In this document: one piece after another, positions 8,423-17,596 of the stretch | How positions within the stretch are numbered: position 1 is the first letter of the stretch | How the letters are laid out: every line of letters starts with the position of its first letter | The notes under the pieces: model-generated | Seen by the model: only the letters and a program-made list of their open reading frames with translations | Database searches by the model: none | What the model was told of the DNA's origin: nothing | Position numbers and translations under genes: made by a program | Assembly (NCBI GenBank): GCA_031459625.1 | Contig: JAVKIH010000002.1 | Location: 252,061-316,060 of the forward strand | Length of the DNA: 64,000 bases | Reading direction: 5' to 3' | From: Candidatus Geohabitans tengchongensis | GTDB lineage: Bacteria; Sysuimicrobiota; Sysuimicrobiia; Sysuimicrobiales; Humicultoraceae

Positions 8423-9653
8423 TGGCGTGGCCGGCCGCCGGGTCGAGGTCGTGGTGGTGGGCGGCGGACCGGCGGGGAGCGCCACCGCCCTCCTCCTGGC
8501 GCGCGCAGGCCGCGACGTCCTGCTCCTCGACGCCCGCCCCTTCCCGCGGCCCAAGCCGTGCGGCGACTACCTGAACCCGGTGGGCGCTCAGGCCCTGGCG
8601 CACCTGGGGCTGGACGGTGCCCTCGCCGACGTGTCCCGGCCGCTGCGCGGGATGGTGATCGTCTCCCCGGGAGGGCGGGAGGTCGCAGCGCCCTTCCAGG
8701 CCGGGCAGGGCCTCTCCGTGCCGCGGGACGCCCTCGATGCCGCGCTCCTCCAGGCCGCCTCCCGCGCCGGCGTCGAGGTGCGCACCGGCGTGCCGGTGAT
8801 CGGCATCGATGGACACGGCGGGGCGCGGGCCGGTGTCCCCCGGCGAGGGACGTGGTGGGTCGAGACCCCGCGCGGACGCGTGGAGGCGCGCGTGCTCGTC
8901 GGCGCCGACGGGTGCCGGTCCCGCGTGGCGGCGGCCGCCGGCCTGGGGGGACCCGGACCGCGGCGGGGCCGCTTCGCCCTGGCCCTGCGCGTGCGGGGCC
9001 TGCGCACCCGGCCCGGCTACGCGGAGATGCACCTGGCGCACGATGCCTACTGTGGCGTCTCCGCGTTCCCCGACGGGTGGGCCAACGTCACCCCCGTGCT
9101 CGCGCCCCGCGGCCTTGATCGCAGGGTGCGCCACGACCCTGCGGCCCTCGACGCCGTGCTGGCGCGATTCCCCCGCCTCCACGCACGCCTGCGCCAGCCG
9201 GGCGTGGAGGTGGCTCCGGGGTGGCGTGCGGTGGGACCGCTGGGGTTCTGGCGCCGCCGGCCGGCCGGGCCGGGCGTCGTGCTGGTCGGCGATGCCGCCG
9301 CCTTCGTCGACCCCTTGACCGGGCAGGGGGTCACGCTCGCCCTCGCCGGCGCAGTGCGCGCCGCCCGGGTCATCGATGCCGCCCTGGCCGACGGCCTCGA
9401 GGGCCACCCTCAGGCCTTCGCCCCGTACGTCCGCTGGCACCGGCGGCGCTACGCCCTCCTCTCCGTCTTCCTGGGCGCCGTCGACGCCGTGGCGCTTCGC
9501 CCTGCGCTCATCGAGCCGGTCGTGGCGGCCTGGGCGCGCTGGCCGGCGCTGGCGTCGGCCTTCCTGGGGCTGATCGGCGGGAGGGCGGCGGGGCCTGCGA
9601 CGGTGCACGATACCGGGATCGGCTGGCTGGCCGCATGCAGACGGAGAGCGTGA
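8400..9653 (+). CDS. FAD-dependent oxidoreductase (geranylgeranyl reductase/aromatic hydroxylase-like)
   Basis: VVGGGPAG, FPRPKPCG, GADG, LVGDAAAFVDPLTGQG; ATG 8400 overlaps the upstream gene. Confidence 0.85.
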   Translation: MSPVQRPDGVAGRRVEVVVVGGGPAGSATALLLARAGRDVLLLDARPFPRPKPCGDYLNPVGAQALAHLGLDGALADVSRPLRGMVIVSPGGREVAAPFQAGQGLSVPRDALDAALLQAASRAGVEVRTGVPVIGIDGHGGARAGVPRRGTWWVETPRGRVEARVLVGADGCRSRVAAAAGLGGPGPRRGRFALALRVRGLRTRPGYAEMHLAHDAYCGVSAFPDGWANVTPVLAPRGLDRRVRHDPAALDAVLARFPRLHARLRQPGVEVAPGWRAVGPLGFWRRRPAGPGVVLVGDAAAFVDPLTGQGVTLALAGAVRAARVIDAALADGLEGHPQAFAPYVRWHRRRYALLSVFLGAVDAVALRPALIEPVVAAWARWPALASAFLGLIGGRAAGPATVHDTGIGWLAACRRRA

Positions 9654-10105
9654 TCGACATCGCCGCGCCCTGGGAGCGGGTGTTCGCCCTGGCCGCCGAC
9701 GTGGAGCGGTGGCCGGAGCGCCTCCCGCACTACCGGTGGGTCCGGGTCCTGGGGCGCGATGGCCCGCGCACGGCCGTGGAGATGGCGGCGCGGCGCGGGC
9801 GCATCCCCGTGCGCTGGCGGGCGGTCCAGGAGGTACGGCCGGCGGAGCGGCGGATCCTCTTCACCCACACCGCCGGGCCGACCCGCGGCATGCGGGTGGA
9901 GTGGTCCTTCACGCCCACGGCCGGCGGGGTGCGCGTACGCGTGCGCCACGACCTGCGCTGGCCCCCGCCGCTGCACTGGGTGGCGCGGTGGGTGGTCGGC
10001 CGCGTCTTCATCACCCACGTGGCCGGCCGGACGCTGCGGCGCGTCAAGGCCCTGGCGGAGCTGACCGAAGCCCCGGGGCAGCCCGCGGGGGAGGGCGAGG
10101 GGTGA
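9635..10105 (+). CDS. SRPBCC/START-fold polyketide cyclase/aromatase-like protein
   Basis: IAAPWERVFALAADVERWPERLPHY, GMRVEWSF; 156 aa. Confidence 0.82.
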   Translation: MQTESVIDIAAPWERVFALAADVERWPERLPHYRWVRVLGRDGPRTAVEMAARRGRIPVRWRAVQEVRPAERRILFTHTAGPTRGMRVEWSFTPTAGGVRVRVRHDLRWPPPLHWVARWVVGRVFITHVAGRTLRRVKALAELTEAPGQPAGEGEG

Positions 10106-11346
10106 CCCGTCGACGCGTCGTCATCACCGGCATCGGGGCGGTGACCCCGGTGGGCCACGGACGGGAGGGGCTGCTGGCGGCCATGCGCGAGGGGCGGTCG
10201 GGGATCGGCCCCATCACCCGTTTCGACGCCAGCGGCTTCGCCTCGCGTATCGCCGGCGAGGTGCGCGACTTCGACCCGCTGGCCTGGATGGACGCCCGCC
10301 GCGCCCGGCGACTGGACCGCTTCGCCCAGTTCGCCGTCGCCGCGGCCCGCCAGGCCGTGGAGGACGCCAACCTGCGGTGGGAGGCGGTGGACCGCGACCG
10401 CGCCGGCGTCTTCATCGGCGCGGCGCTGGGCGGGGCGGCCTTCGCGGAGGAGCAGCACGTCGCCTTCCTGCGCGAGGGGATCCGGCGGGTCAGGCCCACC
10501 CTGGCCCTGGCCGTCTTCAGCGGGTCGGCCTCCTGCAACGTGGCCATCGAGTTCGGGCTGACCGGCCCCACCAGCGCCAACTCCGACTCCTGCACCTCGG
10601 CGGCCATCGCCATCGGCGAGGCCTTCCGGGCCATCCGGGCCGGCGAGGCGGACCTCATCCTGGCCGGCGGGGTGGAGTGCCCGCTCACACCGCTCATCTT
10701 CGGTTCGTTCGACCTGCTGCGCGCCATGTCCACGCGCAACGATGCGCCCGCCGCGGCCTGCCGCCCCTTCGACGCCGGGCGGGACGGGTTCGTCATGGCG
10801 GAGGGTGCAGCGCTGCTGGTGCTGGAGGAGTACGGCCACGCCGTGCGCCGCGACGCCCCGCTCTACGCCGAGGTGCTGGGGTACGGGACCACCAACGACG
10901 CCTACCACATGACCGCCCCGCTGCCCTCGGGGGCGCAGGCGGCGCGGGCGATGCGGCTGGCCATGGCCGACGCCGGGATCGTCCCCGAGCAGGTGGGCTA
11001 CGTGAACGCGCACGCCTCCGGCACGCCGCTCAACGACCCGGTGGAGACGGCGGCGATCAAGCAGGCGCTGGGTCCGTGGGCCTACCGGGTGCCGGTGAGC
11101 GGGACCAAGCCGATGCACGGCCACGCGCTGGGCGCCACTGGCGCCATCGAGGCGGCGCTGTGCGCGCTGGCCATCCGGGAGGCCTACCTGCCGCCCACCC
11201 TCAACCTGGACGTCCCCGACCCCGCCTGCGACCTCGACTACATCCCGCACGTCGGCCGCCCGGCGCGCGTGGACTACGTGCTGAGCAACTCCTTCGGGTT
11301 CGGGGGGATCAACGCCACGCTGGCCTTCGGGCGCCTGGACGGTTAG
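10102..11346 (+). CDS. fabF: Beta-ketoacyl-ACP synthase II-like ketosynthase
   Basis: RRVVITGIG, catalytic SCTS, NAHASGT, KPMHGHALGA, SNSFGFGG; GTG overlaps upstream TGA. Confidence 0.88.
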   Translation: MTRRRVVITGIGAVTPVGHGREGLLAAMREGRSGIGPITRFDASGFASRIAGEVRDFDPLAWMDARRARRLDRFAQFAVAAARQAVEDANLRWEAVDRDRAGVFIGAALGGAAFAEEQHVAFLREGIRRVRPTLALAVFSGSASCNVAIEFGLTGPTSANSDSCTSAAIAIGEAFRAIRAGEADLILAGGVECPLTPLIFGSFDLLRAMSTRNDAPAAACRPFDAGRDGFVMAEGAALLVLEEYGHAVRRDAPLYAEVLGYGTTNDAYHMTAPLPSGAQAARAMRLAMADAGIVPEQVGYVNAHASGTPLNDPVETAAIKQALGPWAYRVPVSGTKPMHGHALGATGAIEAALCALAIREAYLPPTLNLDVPDPACDLDYIPHVGRPARVDYVLSNSFGFGGINATLAFGRLDG

Positions 11347-11759
11347 AGCCGCTCGCGGACCGCCGCGGCGGCCTCCTCCAGCTCCTGGCGGGTGGGGCGG
11401 GTCCGCGGCCAGGTGAAGCGCACCGCATCGCCGGCGAAGCGGGGCAGGACGTGGAGGTGGACGTGGAAGACCTCCTGCCCGGCCACCGCCCCGTCCGCCA
11501 GGAAGAGGTTGATCCCCTCGCAGCGCAGCCGGGAGCGGCGCAGCGCGCCGGCCAGCCGCTGGGCCGCCGCGAACATGGCCCCGCCGCTGGCCTCCGGCAG
11601 GTCTCCCAGCCCGGCCGCGTGGGTGCGGGGGACGACCAGCAGGTGGCCGGGGTTCACCGGGGCGATGTCCATGAAGGCCACGACGGCGTCGTCCTGGTAG
11701 ACCAGCGCCGCCGGCAGCTCCCCGCGGATGATCCGGCAGAAGATGCACTCAGCCGCCAT
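11343..11759 (-). CDS. HIT family hydrolase
   Basis: CIFCRII, PGHLLVVP, AGQEVFHVHLHVLPR. Confidence 0.92.
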   Translation of the reverse strand: MAAECIFCRIIRGELPAALVYQDDAVVAFMDIAPVNPGHLLVVPRTHAAGLGDLPEASGGAMFAAAQRLAGALRRSRLRCEGINLFLADGAVAGQEVFHVHLHVLPRFAGDAVRFTWPRTRPTRQELEEAAAAVRERL

Positions 11760-11773
11760 GCTCCACCTCCGCG

Positions 11774-13069
11774 CTACAGGGCGCGCACCGCGGGGGCCAG
11801 CAGGGCCATGAGCAGCACCACGACGACGATGACCAGCCCCCACAGCGCAAAGGTCCAGGGCAGCGTAATCGCCTCCGCTACCGCCCCGGCCGGCAGCGTC
11901 CCGAAAGCCATCATGCCGAAGGCCACCATGCTGAAGATCCCCATGGCCCGCCCGCGCGCGCCGGGCGGCACCGTGCGCTGGATCAGCGTGTTGGCCGTGG
12001 CCAGCGCCGCCGACTGGCTCACCCCCACCCCCACCAGCAGGGCGACGGAGAGGGGGAACGAGTGGGAGAGGCCGAAGAGCGCCACCAGCAGGCCCATCGC
12101 CCCGGCCGCGCCCAGCATCAGGCTCCCCGCCGGCAGGCGGCCCACGCTCCACCCGATGAGGACGGCGGCCAGCACCGTGCCCAGCCCCGGCGCGGCCTGC
12201 AGGATCCCCAGCCCGCGCGGCCCCACCTGCAGCACCTCGCGCGCCACCGTGGGCATGAGCCGGATATAGGGGCGGCCAAAGAAGCTCACCACGGCGACGA
12301 GCGCCAGCACGGTGAGCACCGTCCGCTGCCGCCACAGCAGCGCCAGCCCCTCCCGGATGTCCTCCCCGATGGGGACGCGCGTGGCGTCCGCGGCGGGCGG
12401 CACCCGCATGGCCAGCAGCGCCCACAGCACGGCCAGGTAGGAGGCGGCGTTGAGGGCGAAGGCGCCGTGGGTGCCCACCAGGCTGATGACCAGCCCGCCC
12501 AGCGCGGGCCCGAAGATGCCGGCGCCGTTGAAGGCCACGGAGTTCAGGCTGACCGCCTGGAGGAGGTCCGCCTCGCCGACGAGCGCCGGGGTCATGGACT
12601 GGCGCGCCGGCATGTCGAAGGCGTGGACGAAGGAGTTGAACGCCCCGATGACCAGCAGGTGCCAGACGCGGATGAGGTCGAGGTAGGTGAGGACCGCCAG
12701 CAGCGTCGCCGAGGCCATCGCCACCAGGTTGGTCAGGAGCAGCACCCGCCGCCGGTCGCCCCGGTCGGCCACGACGCCGCCCACGAAGGCGAAGAGGACG
12801 CGGGGGATCCCCTGGGCCAGCCCCAGGTAGCCCAGGTAGATCGGCGAGAGGGTGAGCTGGTCCACCAGGTAGCCGATGGCGGTGAACTGCATCCACGTCC
12901 CGGTGTTGGAGACGACCAGCCCGGTCCAGAGCAGCCGGTAGTTGCGGTGGCGCAGCGGGGCGAGCGTGCGGCCCGGCAGCCGGTCGACGGTGCGGGGGGC
13001 GGCCTCGGCCGGGACGAGGACGCCGTCGTCGGCCACGACGCCGGTCGTGGAGGAACGCCCGGCCCTCAC
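11774..13069 (-). CDS. MFS transporter (MFS_3/DHA3-like)
   Basis: LRHRNYRLLWTG, GGVVADRGDRRR, about 12 TM; exact start uncertain. Confidence 0.88.
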   Translation of the reverse strand: MRAGRSSTTGVVADDGVLVPAEAAPRTVDRLPGRTLAPLRHRNYRLLWTGLVVSNTGTWMQFTAIGYLVDQLTLSPIYLGYLGLAQGIPRVLFAFVGGVVADRGDRRRVLLLTNLVAMASATLLAVLTYLDLIRVWHLLVIGAFNSFVHAFDMPARQSMTPALVGEADLLQAVSLNSVAFNGAGIFGPALGGLVISLVGTHGAFALNAASYLAVLWALLAMRVPPAADATRVPIGEDIREGLALLWRQRTVLTVLALVAVVSFFGRPYIRLMPTVAREVLQVGPRGLGILQAAPGLGTVLAAVLIGWSVGRLPAGSLMLGAAGAMGLLVALFGLSHSFPLSVALLVGVGVSQSAALATANTLIQRTVPPGARGRAMGIFSMVAFGMMAFGTLPAGAVAEAITLPWTFALWGLVIVVVVLLMALLAPAVRAL

Positions 13070-13659
13070 TCCCAGGGCGAGGCGTACCGCTCCTCCCGCC
13101 AGGGGTCGGCGCGGTTGTGGTAGCCGTTACGCTCCCAGAAGCCCCTGCGGTCGGTGGCCAGGACCTCGAGGGCGCGCACCCACTTCGCGCTCTTCCAGAA
13201 GTAGAGGCGGGGGACGACCAGCCGCAGCGGCCACCCGTGCTCCGGCGTCAGGTCGGCCCCGTTGGCGCGCCAGGCGAAGAGGGCGTCGTCACCCAGCAGG
13301 ACCTCCAGCGGCAGGTTGGTCTCGTAGCCCTGCTCGGCGTGCACCATGACGAAGCGGGCCTCCGCCAGCGGCCGGGCCCGCTCCAGCACCACGCGGGCCG
13401 GGACCCCCTCGAAGACCATGTCGAGCTTGCTCCAGGCCGTCACACAGTGGACGTCGCAGGTGAGCGTGGTGCGGGGGAGGGCGCGGAAGGCCTCGTAGGT
13501 GAACTCCAGCGGCTCGGCGACCAGGCCGTAGACGCGGAAGCGCCAGGTGGCCGCATCGAAGCGGGGGACGCTGCCGTAGTGCAGGACCGGCCACTTCTCC
13601 GTCACGTACTGCCCGGGCGGGACGCGCCGGCGCGCCGCCTCGGTGGACCGCGTGGTCAC
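13066..13659 (-). CDS. Sulfite oxidase-like molybdopterin oxidoreductase
   Basis: PPGQY, DVHCVTAWS, HGWPLRLVVPRLYFWKSAKW, GFWERNGYH. Confidence 0.9.
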   Translation of the reverse strand: MTTRSTEAARRRVPPGQYVTEKWPVLHYGSVPRFDAATWRFRVYGLVAEPLEFTYEAFRALPRTTLTCDVHCVTAWSKLDMVFEGVPARVVLERARPLAEARFVMVHAEQGYETNLPLEVLLGDDALFAWRANGADLTPEHGWPLRLVVPRLYFWKSAKWVRALEVLATDRRGFWERNGYHNRADPWREERYASPWE

Positions 13660-14228
13660 GGCACCGTCCTCCTCACGTTGAAGGCGTTCATGGCCGCCTC
13701 GATGCCCGCCGCGACGAACCGCTCGGCGGCGTCGGCCGCCCGCTCCAGCGTCTCCTCCACCACCGGTCGCTCCTCCGCGCTGAACCGCTCCAGGACGTAG
13801 TCAGCGGGATCGACTCCGGCGGGCGGCCGCCCGATGCCGATGCGCAGCCGGGGGAAGCCCTCGCTGGCGAGCGCCTCGATGATCGAGCGCAATCCGTTGT
13901 GCCCGCCGTGCCCGCCGTGCGGCCGCAGCCGCAGCTGCCCCAGCGGCAGGTCGAGGTCGTCCACCACCACCAGCAGGTCGGCCGGCGCCACGTGGTGGCG
14001 GCGGCACAGGTCGGCGGCAACGGTCCCGCTCAGGTTCACAAAGGTGTCGGGCCGGGCCAGCAGCGCCCGCTGCCCCTGCACGCGGATCGCCGCGGTGTGC
14101 GCCCACCCCTCTTCGCGCAGGGCGACCCCGTGGCGCCGGGCCAGGCGCTCCACCACGGCCGCCCCCACGTTGTGCCGCGTGCCCTGGTAGCGCCGCCCCG
14201 GGTTCCCCAGCCCGAGCACGAGCTTCAC
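13656..14228 (-). CDS. pth: Peptidyl-tRNA hydrolase
   Basis: GLGNPG..Y..TRHNVG, GGHNGLRSI, RLRIGIGRP. Confidence 0.96.
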   Translation of the reverse strand: MKLVLGLGNPGRRYQGTRHNVGAAVVERLARRHGVALREEGWAHTAAIRVQGQRALLARPDTFVNLSGTVAADLCRRHHVAPADLLVVVDDLDLPLGQLRLRPHGGHGGHNGLRSIIEALASEGFPRLRIGIGRPPAGVDPADYVLERFSAEERPVVEETLERAADAAERFVAAGIEAAMNAFNVRRTVP

Positions 14229-14240
14229 GGCCCGGGCCGG

Positions 14241-14894
14241 TCAGCTCCCCTGGCCCTCCTCCCTGGCCGGGCCCGGGGCGGCCGGAGCCGCCGGGGCCTC
14301 GGCCGGCGCCGCAGCGGGAGGCGCCTCCTCCACCCGCGGCGGCAGCACGGTGGCCACGACCTCGTCCGCGGGGGTGCGGAGGGTGACCCCCTCCGGCATC
14401 GTCAGGTCCCCGGCGTGCAGCACCTGCCCGACCGCCAGCTCGCTGACGTCCACGGTGAGCTGCTCGGGGACCGCGGTGGGCAGCGCCTCCACCAGGACCT
14501 CGCGCAGGTGCTGCTCCAGCACGCCGCCCTCCACCACGCCGCGCGGCGTGCCCACCAGGACCAGCGGCACGTGGGCCTCCAGCGTCTCCTCCAGGGAGAT
14601 GGCCTGGAAGTCCACATGGATGATCGCGTGGGTGAAGGTGTCGCGCTGCAGGTCCTTGACGACCACGACCCGCGTCTCCTCGCTGCCGTTGCGGCGCAGG
14701 GCCAGGTCGATCAGGACGTTCATCCCATGCCCGTGCAGCGCGTCGCGCAGCGCCCGCGCCTCCACGGCCACGGGCGTGGCCTCCACCCCGCGCCCGTAGA
14801 GCACGCCCGGCACCCACCCCCGCCGCCGCACGCGGCGCGCCGCCGTCTTGCCGACCCCGTCCCGCACCTGCGCCTGCAGGCCGACGCGTTCCAT
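14241..14894 (-). CDS. rplY: 50S ribosomal protein L25/CTC
   Basis: GKTAARRVRR, PGVLYG, IHVDF, C-terminal TL5 domain. Confidence 0.95.
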   Translation of the reverse strand: MERVGLQAQVRDGVGKTAARRVRRRGWVPGVLYGRGVEATPVAVEARALRDALHGHGMNVLIDLALRRNGSEETRVVVVKDLQRDTFTHAIIHVDFQAISLEETLEAHVPLVLVGTPRGVVEGGVLEQHLREVLVEALPTAVPEQLTVDVSELAVGQVLHAGDLTMPEGVTLRTPADEVVATVLPPRVEEAPPAAAPAEAPAAPAAPGPAREEGQGS

Positions 14895-14954
14895 GACCGT
14901 CCCTCCACCTCGCCGCCGGACGATGACGCCGGCCCGTGGGCCGGCCGCGCGTCA

Positions 14955-15353
14955 TTATACCCGATCCTCCAGGGCCGCGCGCAGGGCGGCGATGCGCCGA
15001 CGCAACTCGTCCCGCAGCTCGCGCATGTGGTCCAGGTCCCCCGGCCGCGGGTCGGGCAGGGGCCAGTGCAGGGACCGCGCCCCCGGAACCACCGGGCAGG
15101 CCTCTTCCACACAGAGGCCCACGACCAGCGCCACGTCGGGACCCAGCGCCTCGCTCAGCGCCTTGGGACGCTGCGCGGAGATGTCCACCCCCACCTCCCG
15201 CATGACGGCGACGGCCTCGGGCCGCAGGGCAGGTTTCGGCTCCGTGCCCGCGGAGCGCGCCCGCCACCCCGGCGGCGGATCGGCGTTGAAGAGCGCCTCC
15301 GCCATCTGGGAGCGGGCCGTGTTGCCCACTCAGACGAACAGGACGGTCTTCAT
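14955..15353 (-). CDS. arsC: Arsenate reductase (ArsC, LMW-PTP fold), probable selenoprotein with Sec at residue 8
   Basis: ATG 15353 gives MKTVLFV-[TGA 15332-15330]-VGNTARSQMAEALF, then SAGT, MREVGVDIS, CVEEACP, HWPLPDP; the TGA occupies the C of the CX5R motif. Confidence 0.82.
15291..15329 (-). promoter_or_regulatory. Candidate bacterial SECIS element
   Basis: 3' of UGA, CGCUCC (+16..21) can pair with GGA(G)GCG (+30..36) around a G-containing loop CAGAUGGC; folded by eye. Confidence 0.5.
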
Positions 15354-15429
15354 GGCGTTGAGCATAGTGGGCGAGAGGAAGGCTCTCAACCCTGTGGAAC
15401 CTTGGGGAGAGGTCCGGAAGGAGGGCGCC

Positions 15430-16044
15430 ATGGTCGGACTCTTGCCGCGCGAGGAGGTCTTCTTCGCCCTGTTCGCGCAGGCCGCTGAGAACATCCTGCA
15501 GGCGGCGCGCCTGCTCAAGGCCATGCTGGAGCGCTACGAGCGGGTCCCCGAACAGGCGGCGGCCATCAAGGCGACGGAGGAGCGGGGCGACGAGATCATC
15601 CACCAGATCACGGATCGCCTCAACCGCACCTTCATCACCCCGCTGGACCGCGAGGACATCCACGCGCTGGCCCGCCAGCTGGACAACGTCATCGACTGGA
15701 TCGAGGCGGTGGCCGCCCGCCTGGTGGACTACCGCGTGACCCAGCCCACACCGGCGGCGGTGGAGCTGGCGCACATCATCGTGCACATGGCCGAGGCCAT
15801 GGTCGAGGCCGTGCGGAACCTGCGCCGGCTCGACCGCGTCGAGGGGCAGCTCGAGGAGATCCACCGCCTGGAGAACCTGGCCGACCACGTCTACCGCGAG
15901 GCCATCGCCCGCCTCTTCGCCGAGAACGGCCAGCCCCTCGAGGTCATCAAGTGGAAGGACATCTACGAGACCCTCGAGCGCGCCACCGACCAGGCCGAGG
16001 ACGTGGCCGACGTGCTGGCGGGTATCCGGGCCAAGCGGACGTAG
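15430..16044 (+). CDS. DUF47 family phosphate transport regulator (Pit accessory)
   Basis: LLPREEVFF, EERGD, TFITPLDREDI, LENLAD, IKWKDIYETLE. Confidence 0.92.
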   Translation: MVGLLPREEVFFALFAQAAENILQAARLLKAMLERYERVPEQAAAIKATEERGDEIIHQITDRLNRTFITPLDREDIHALARQLDNVIDWIEAVAARLVDYRVTQPTPAAVELAHIIVHMAEAMVEAVRNLRRLDRVEGQLEEIHRLENLADHVYREAIARLFAENGQPLEVIKWKDIYETLERATDQAEDVADVLAGIRAKRT

Positions 16045-16060
16045 CGCGGGCCGTCCGCCC

Positions 16061-17056
16061 GTGGAGCTCCACCTGCCGCTCGGCCTCATCCCCGTCCTGC
16101 TGCTGGTGCTGGCCGCGGAGTTCGTGAACGGGTGGACCGATGCGCCCAACGCCATCGCCACCGTGGTCTCCACCCGCGTCCTCTCCCCCGGGGTCGCGGT
16201 GATCATGGCCGCCGTGCTCAACTTCGTCGGGGCGCTCAGCGGGACCGCCGTGGCCATCACCATCGGCCGGGGGTTCGTGGACGCCCGCGTCGTGGACACG
16301 GTCACCGTGGCCGCGGCCATGGTGGCCATCGTGCTGTGGAGCACGCTGGCCTGGCTGCGCGGCCTGCCCACCAGCGAGAGCCACGCGCTGGTGGCGGCGC
16401 TCACCGGGGCCGGGTTCGCCACCGGCGGCACGGCGGCGCTGGAGGCCAGCGGGTGGGTGAAGACGGTGCAGGGCCTGGGCATCTCCACCTTCCTGGGCTT
16501 CGCCGGCGGCTTCCTCCTCATGCTGGCCATCGCCTGGGGGTTCCGGCGGGTGCCGCTCGGCACGGTGCGCCGCCTCTTCGGCCGTCTCCAGATCCTCTCC
16601 GCCGCCTTCATGGCCTTCAGCCACGGCACCGGCGACGGGCAGAAGTTCATGGGGGTCTTCACCCTGGCCCTGGTGCTGGGCGGGGTGCTGCCGGAGTTCC
16701 ACATCCCGCTATGGGTGATCGCCGTCATCGCCGTCACCATGGGGCTGGGCACCGCGGTGGGCGGGTGGCGGATCGTCCACACCATGGGGCTGCGGCTGAC
16801 GAAGCTGGAGCCCTACCAGGGGTTCGCGGCCGAGACCGCCGCGGCGACGCTGATCACCCTGGCCGCCCACGTGGGGATCCCCGTCAGCACCACCCACACC
16901 ATCAACACGGCGATCATGGGCGTGGGGGCCACCCGCCGGCTCTCGGCGGTGCGGTGGGGGGTGGGGGCGGAGATCGTCACCGCCTGGGTCCTGACCTTCC
17001 CGGCCTGCGCGCTCATCGGCGCGCTGGTGACCTACCTGCTGCGCTGGATCCTGTAG
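16061..17056 (+). CDS. pit: Inorganic phosphate transporter (PiT family)
   Basis: NGWTDAPNAIATVVST, GLPTSESHAL, SHGTGDGQK, GIPVSTTH. Confidence 0.93.
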   Translation: MELHLPLGLIPVLLLVLAAEFVNGWTDAPNAIATVVSTRVLSPGVAVIMAAVLNFVGALSGTAVAITIGRGFVDARVVDTVTVAAAMVAIVLWSTLAWLRGLPTSESHALVAALTGAGFATGGTAALEASGWVKTVQGLGISTFLGFAGGFLLMLAIAWGFRRVPLGTVRRLFGRLQILSAAFMAFSHGTGDGQKFMGVFTLALVLGGVLPEFHIPLWVIAVIAVTMGLGTAVGGWRIVHTMGLRLTKLEPYQGFAAETAAATLITLAAHVGIPVSTTHTINTAIMGVGATRRLSAVRWGVGAEIVTAWVLTFPACALIGALVTYLLRWIL

Positions 17057-17107
17057 GGAGGCCCGGGCGGACGTGCACCCCCGCCCCGGGCGTGCCCATG
17101 GGGCGCG

Positions 17108-17590
17108 TCAGCCCAGCGGCGTGACCTCCTCCCCGGCGTAGCGCACCAGGTCGACGCGGGCGCGGGTGAGGACCTCCAGGGCCAGCGGGTCCGGGTAGTG
17201 CCCCTCGAAGACGATCCGCGCGATCCCCGCGTTGAGCAGGATCTTGGCGCAGGTGAGGCAGGGCAGGGTGGTGGAGTAGACCGTCGCCCCGGCGATGGCG
17301 ATGCCGTGGTAGGCGGCCTGGATCACGCTGTTCATCTCGGCGTGTAGGCAGAGGCAGGTGTCGTGGGCGCTGCCGGACGGCGCGTCCCCGGCGCACCGCG
17401 CACACCCGCCCTCGCCGCAGTTGGGCAGCCCCCGCGGGGTATCGTTGTAGCCCGTGGAGAGGACCATGTTGTCCTTCACGATGACCGCGCCCACGCGGCG
17501 CCGCAGGCAGGTGGAGCGCGTGGCGGCCAGGTGCGCCATGCGCATGAAGTAGGCGTCCCAGCTGGGCCGGGGCGACGGCGGCGCCGCCAC
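17108..17590 (-). CDS. dCMP deaminase family protein (ComEB-like)
   Basis: RPSWDAYFM, RSTCLRRRVGA, HAEMN, PCLTC. Confidence 0.92.
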   Translation of the reverse strand: MAAPPSPRPSWDAYFMRMAHLAATRSTCLRRRVGAVIVKDNMVLSTGYNDTPRGLPNCGEGGCARCAGDAPSGSAHDTCLCLHAEMNSVIQAAYHGIAIAGATVYSTTLPCLTCAKILLNAGIARIVFEGHYPDPLALEVLTRARVDLVRYAGEEVTPLG

Positions 17591-17596
17591 GGGACG

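Noticed and set aside
5714..8554. Very long alternative-frame ORFs (946 aa here; also 13801-16785, 39011-41716, 61159-63636 and others)
   Set aside because: Shadow ORFs caused by high GC; Arg/Gly/Pro-rich, motif-free and overlapping well-supported genes.
14955..15353. arsC as a nonsense pseudogene
   Set aside because: The only lesion is TGA exactly at the catalytic Cys and all other motifs are intact, so Sec recoding is the better explanation, although unproven.
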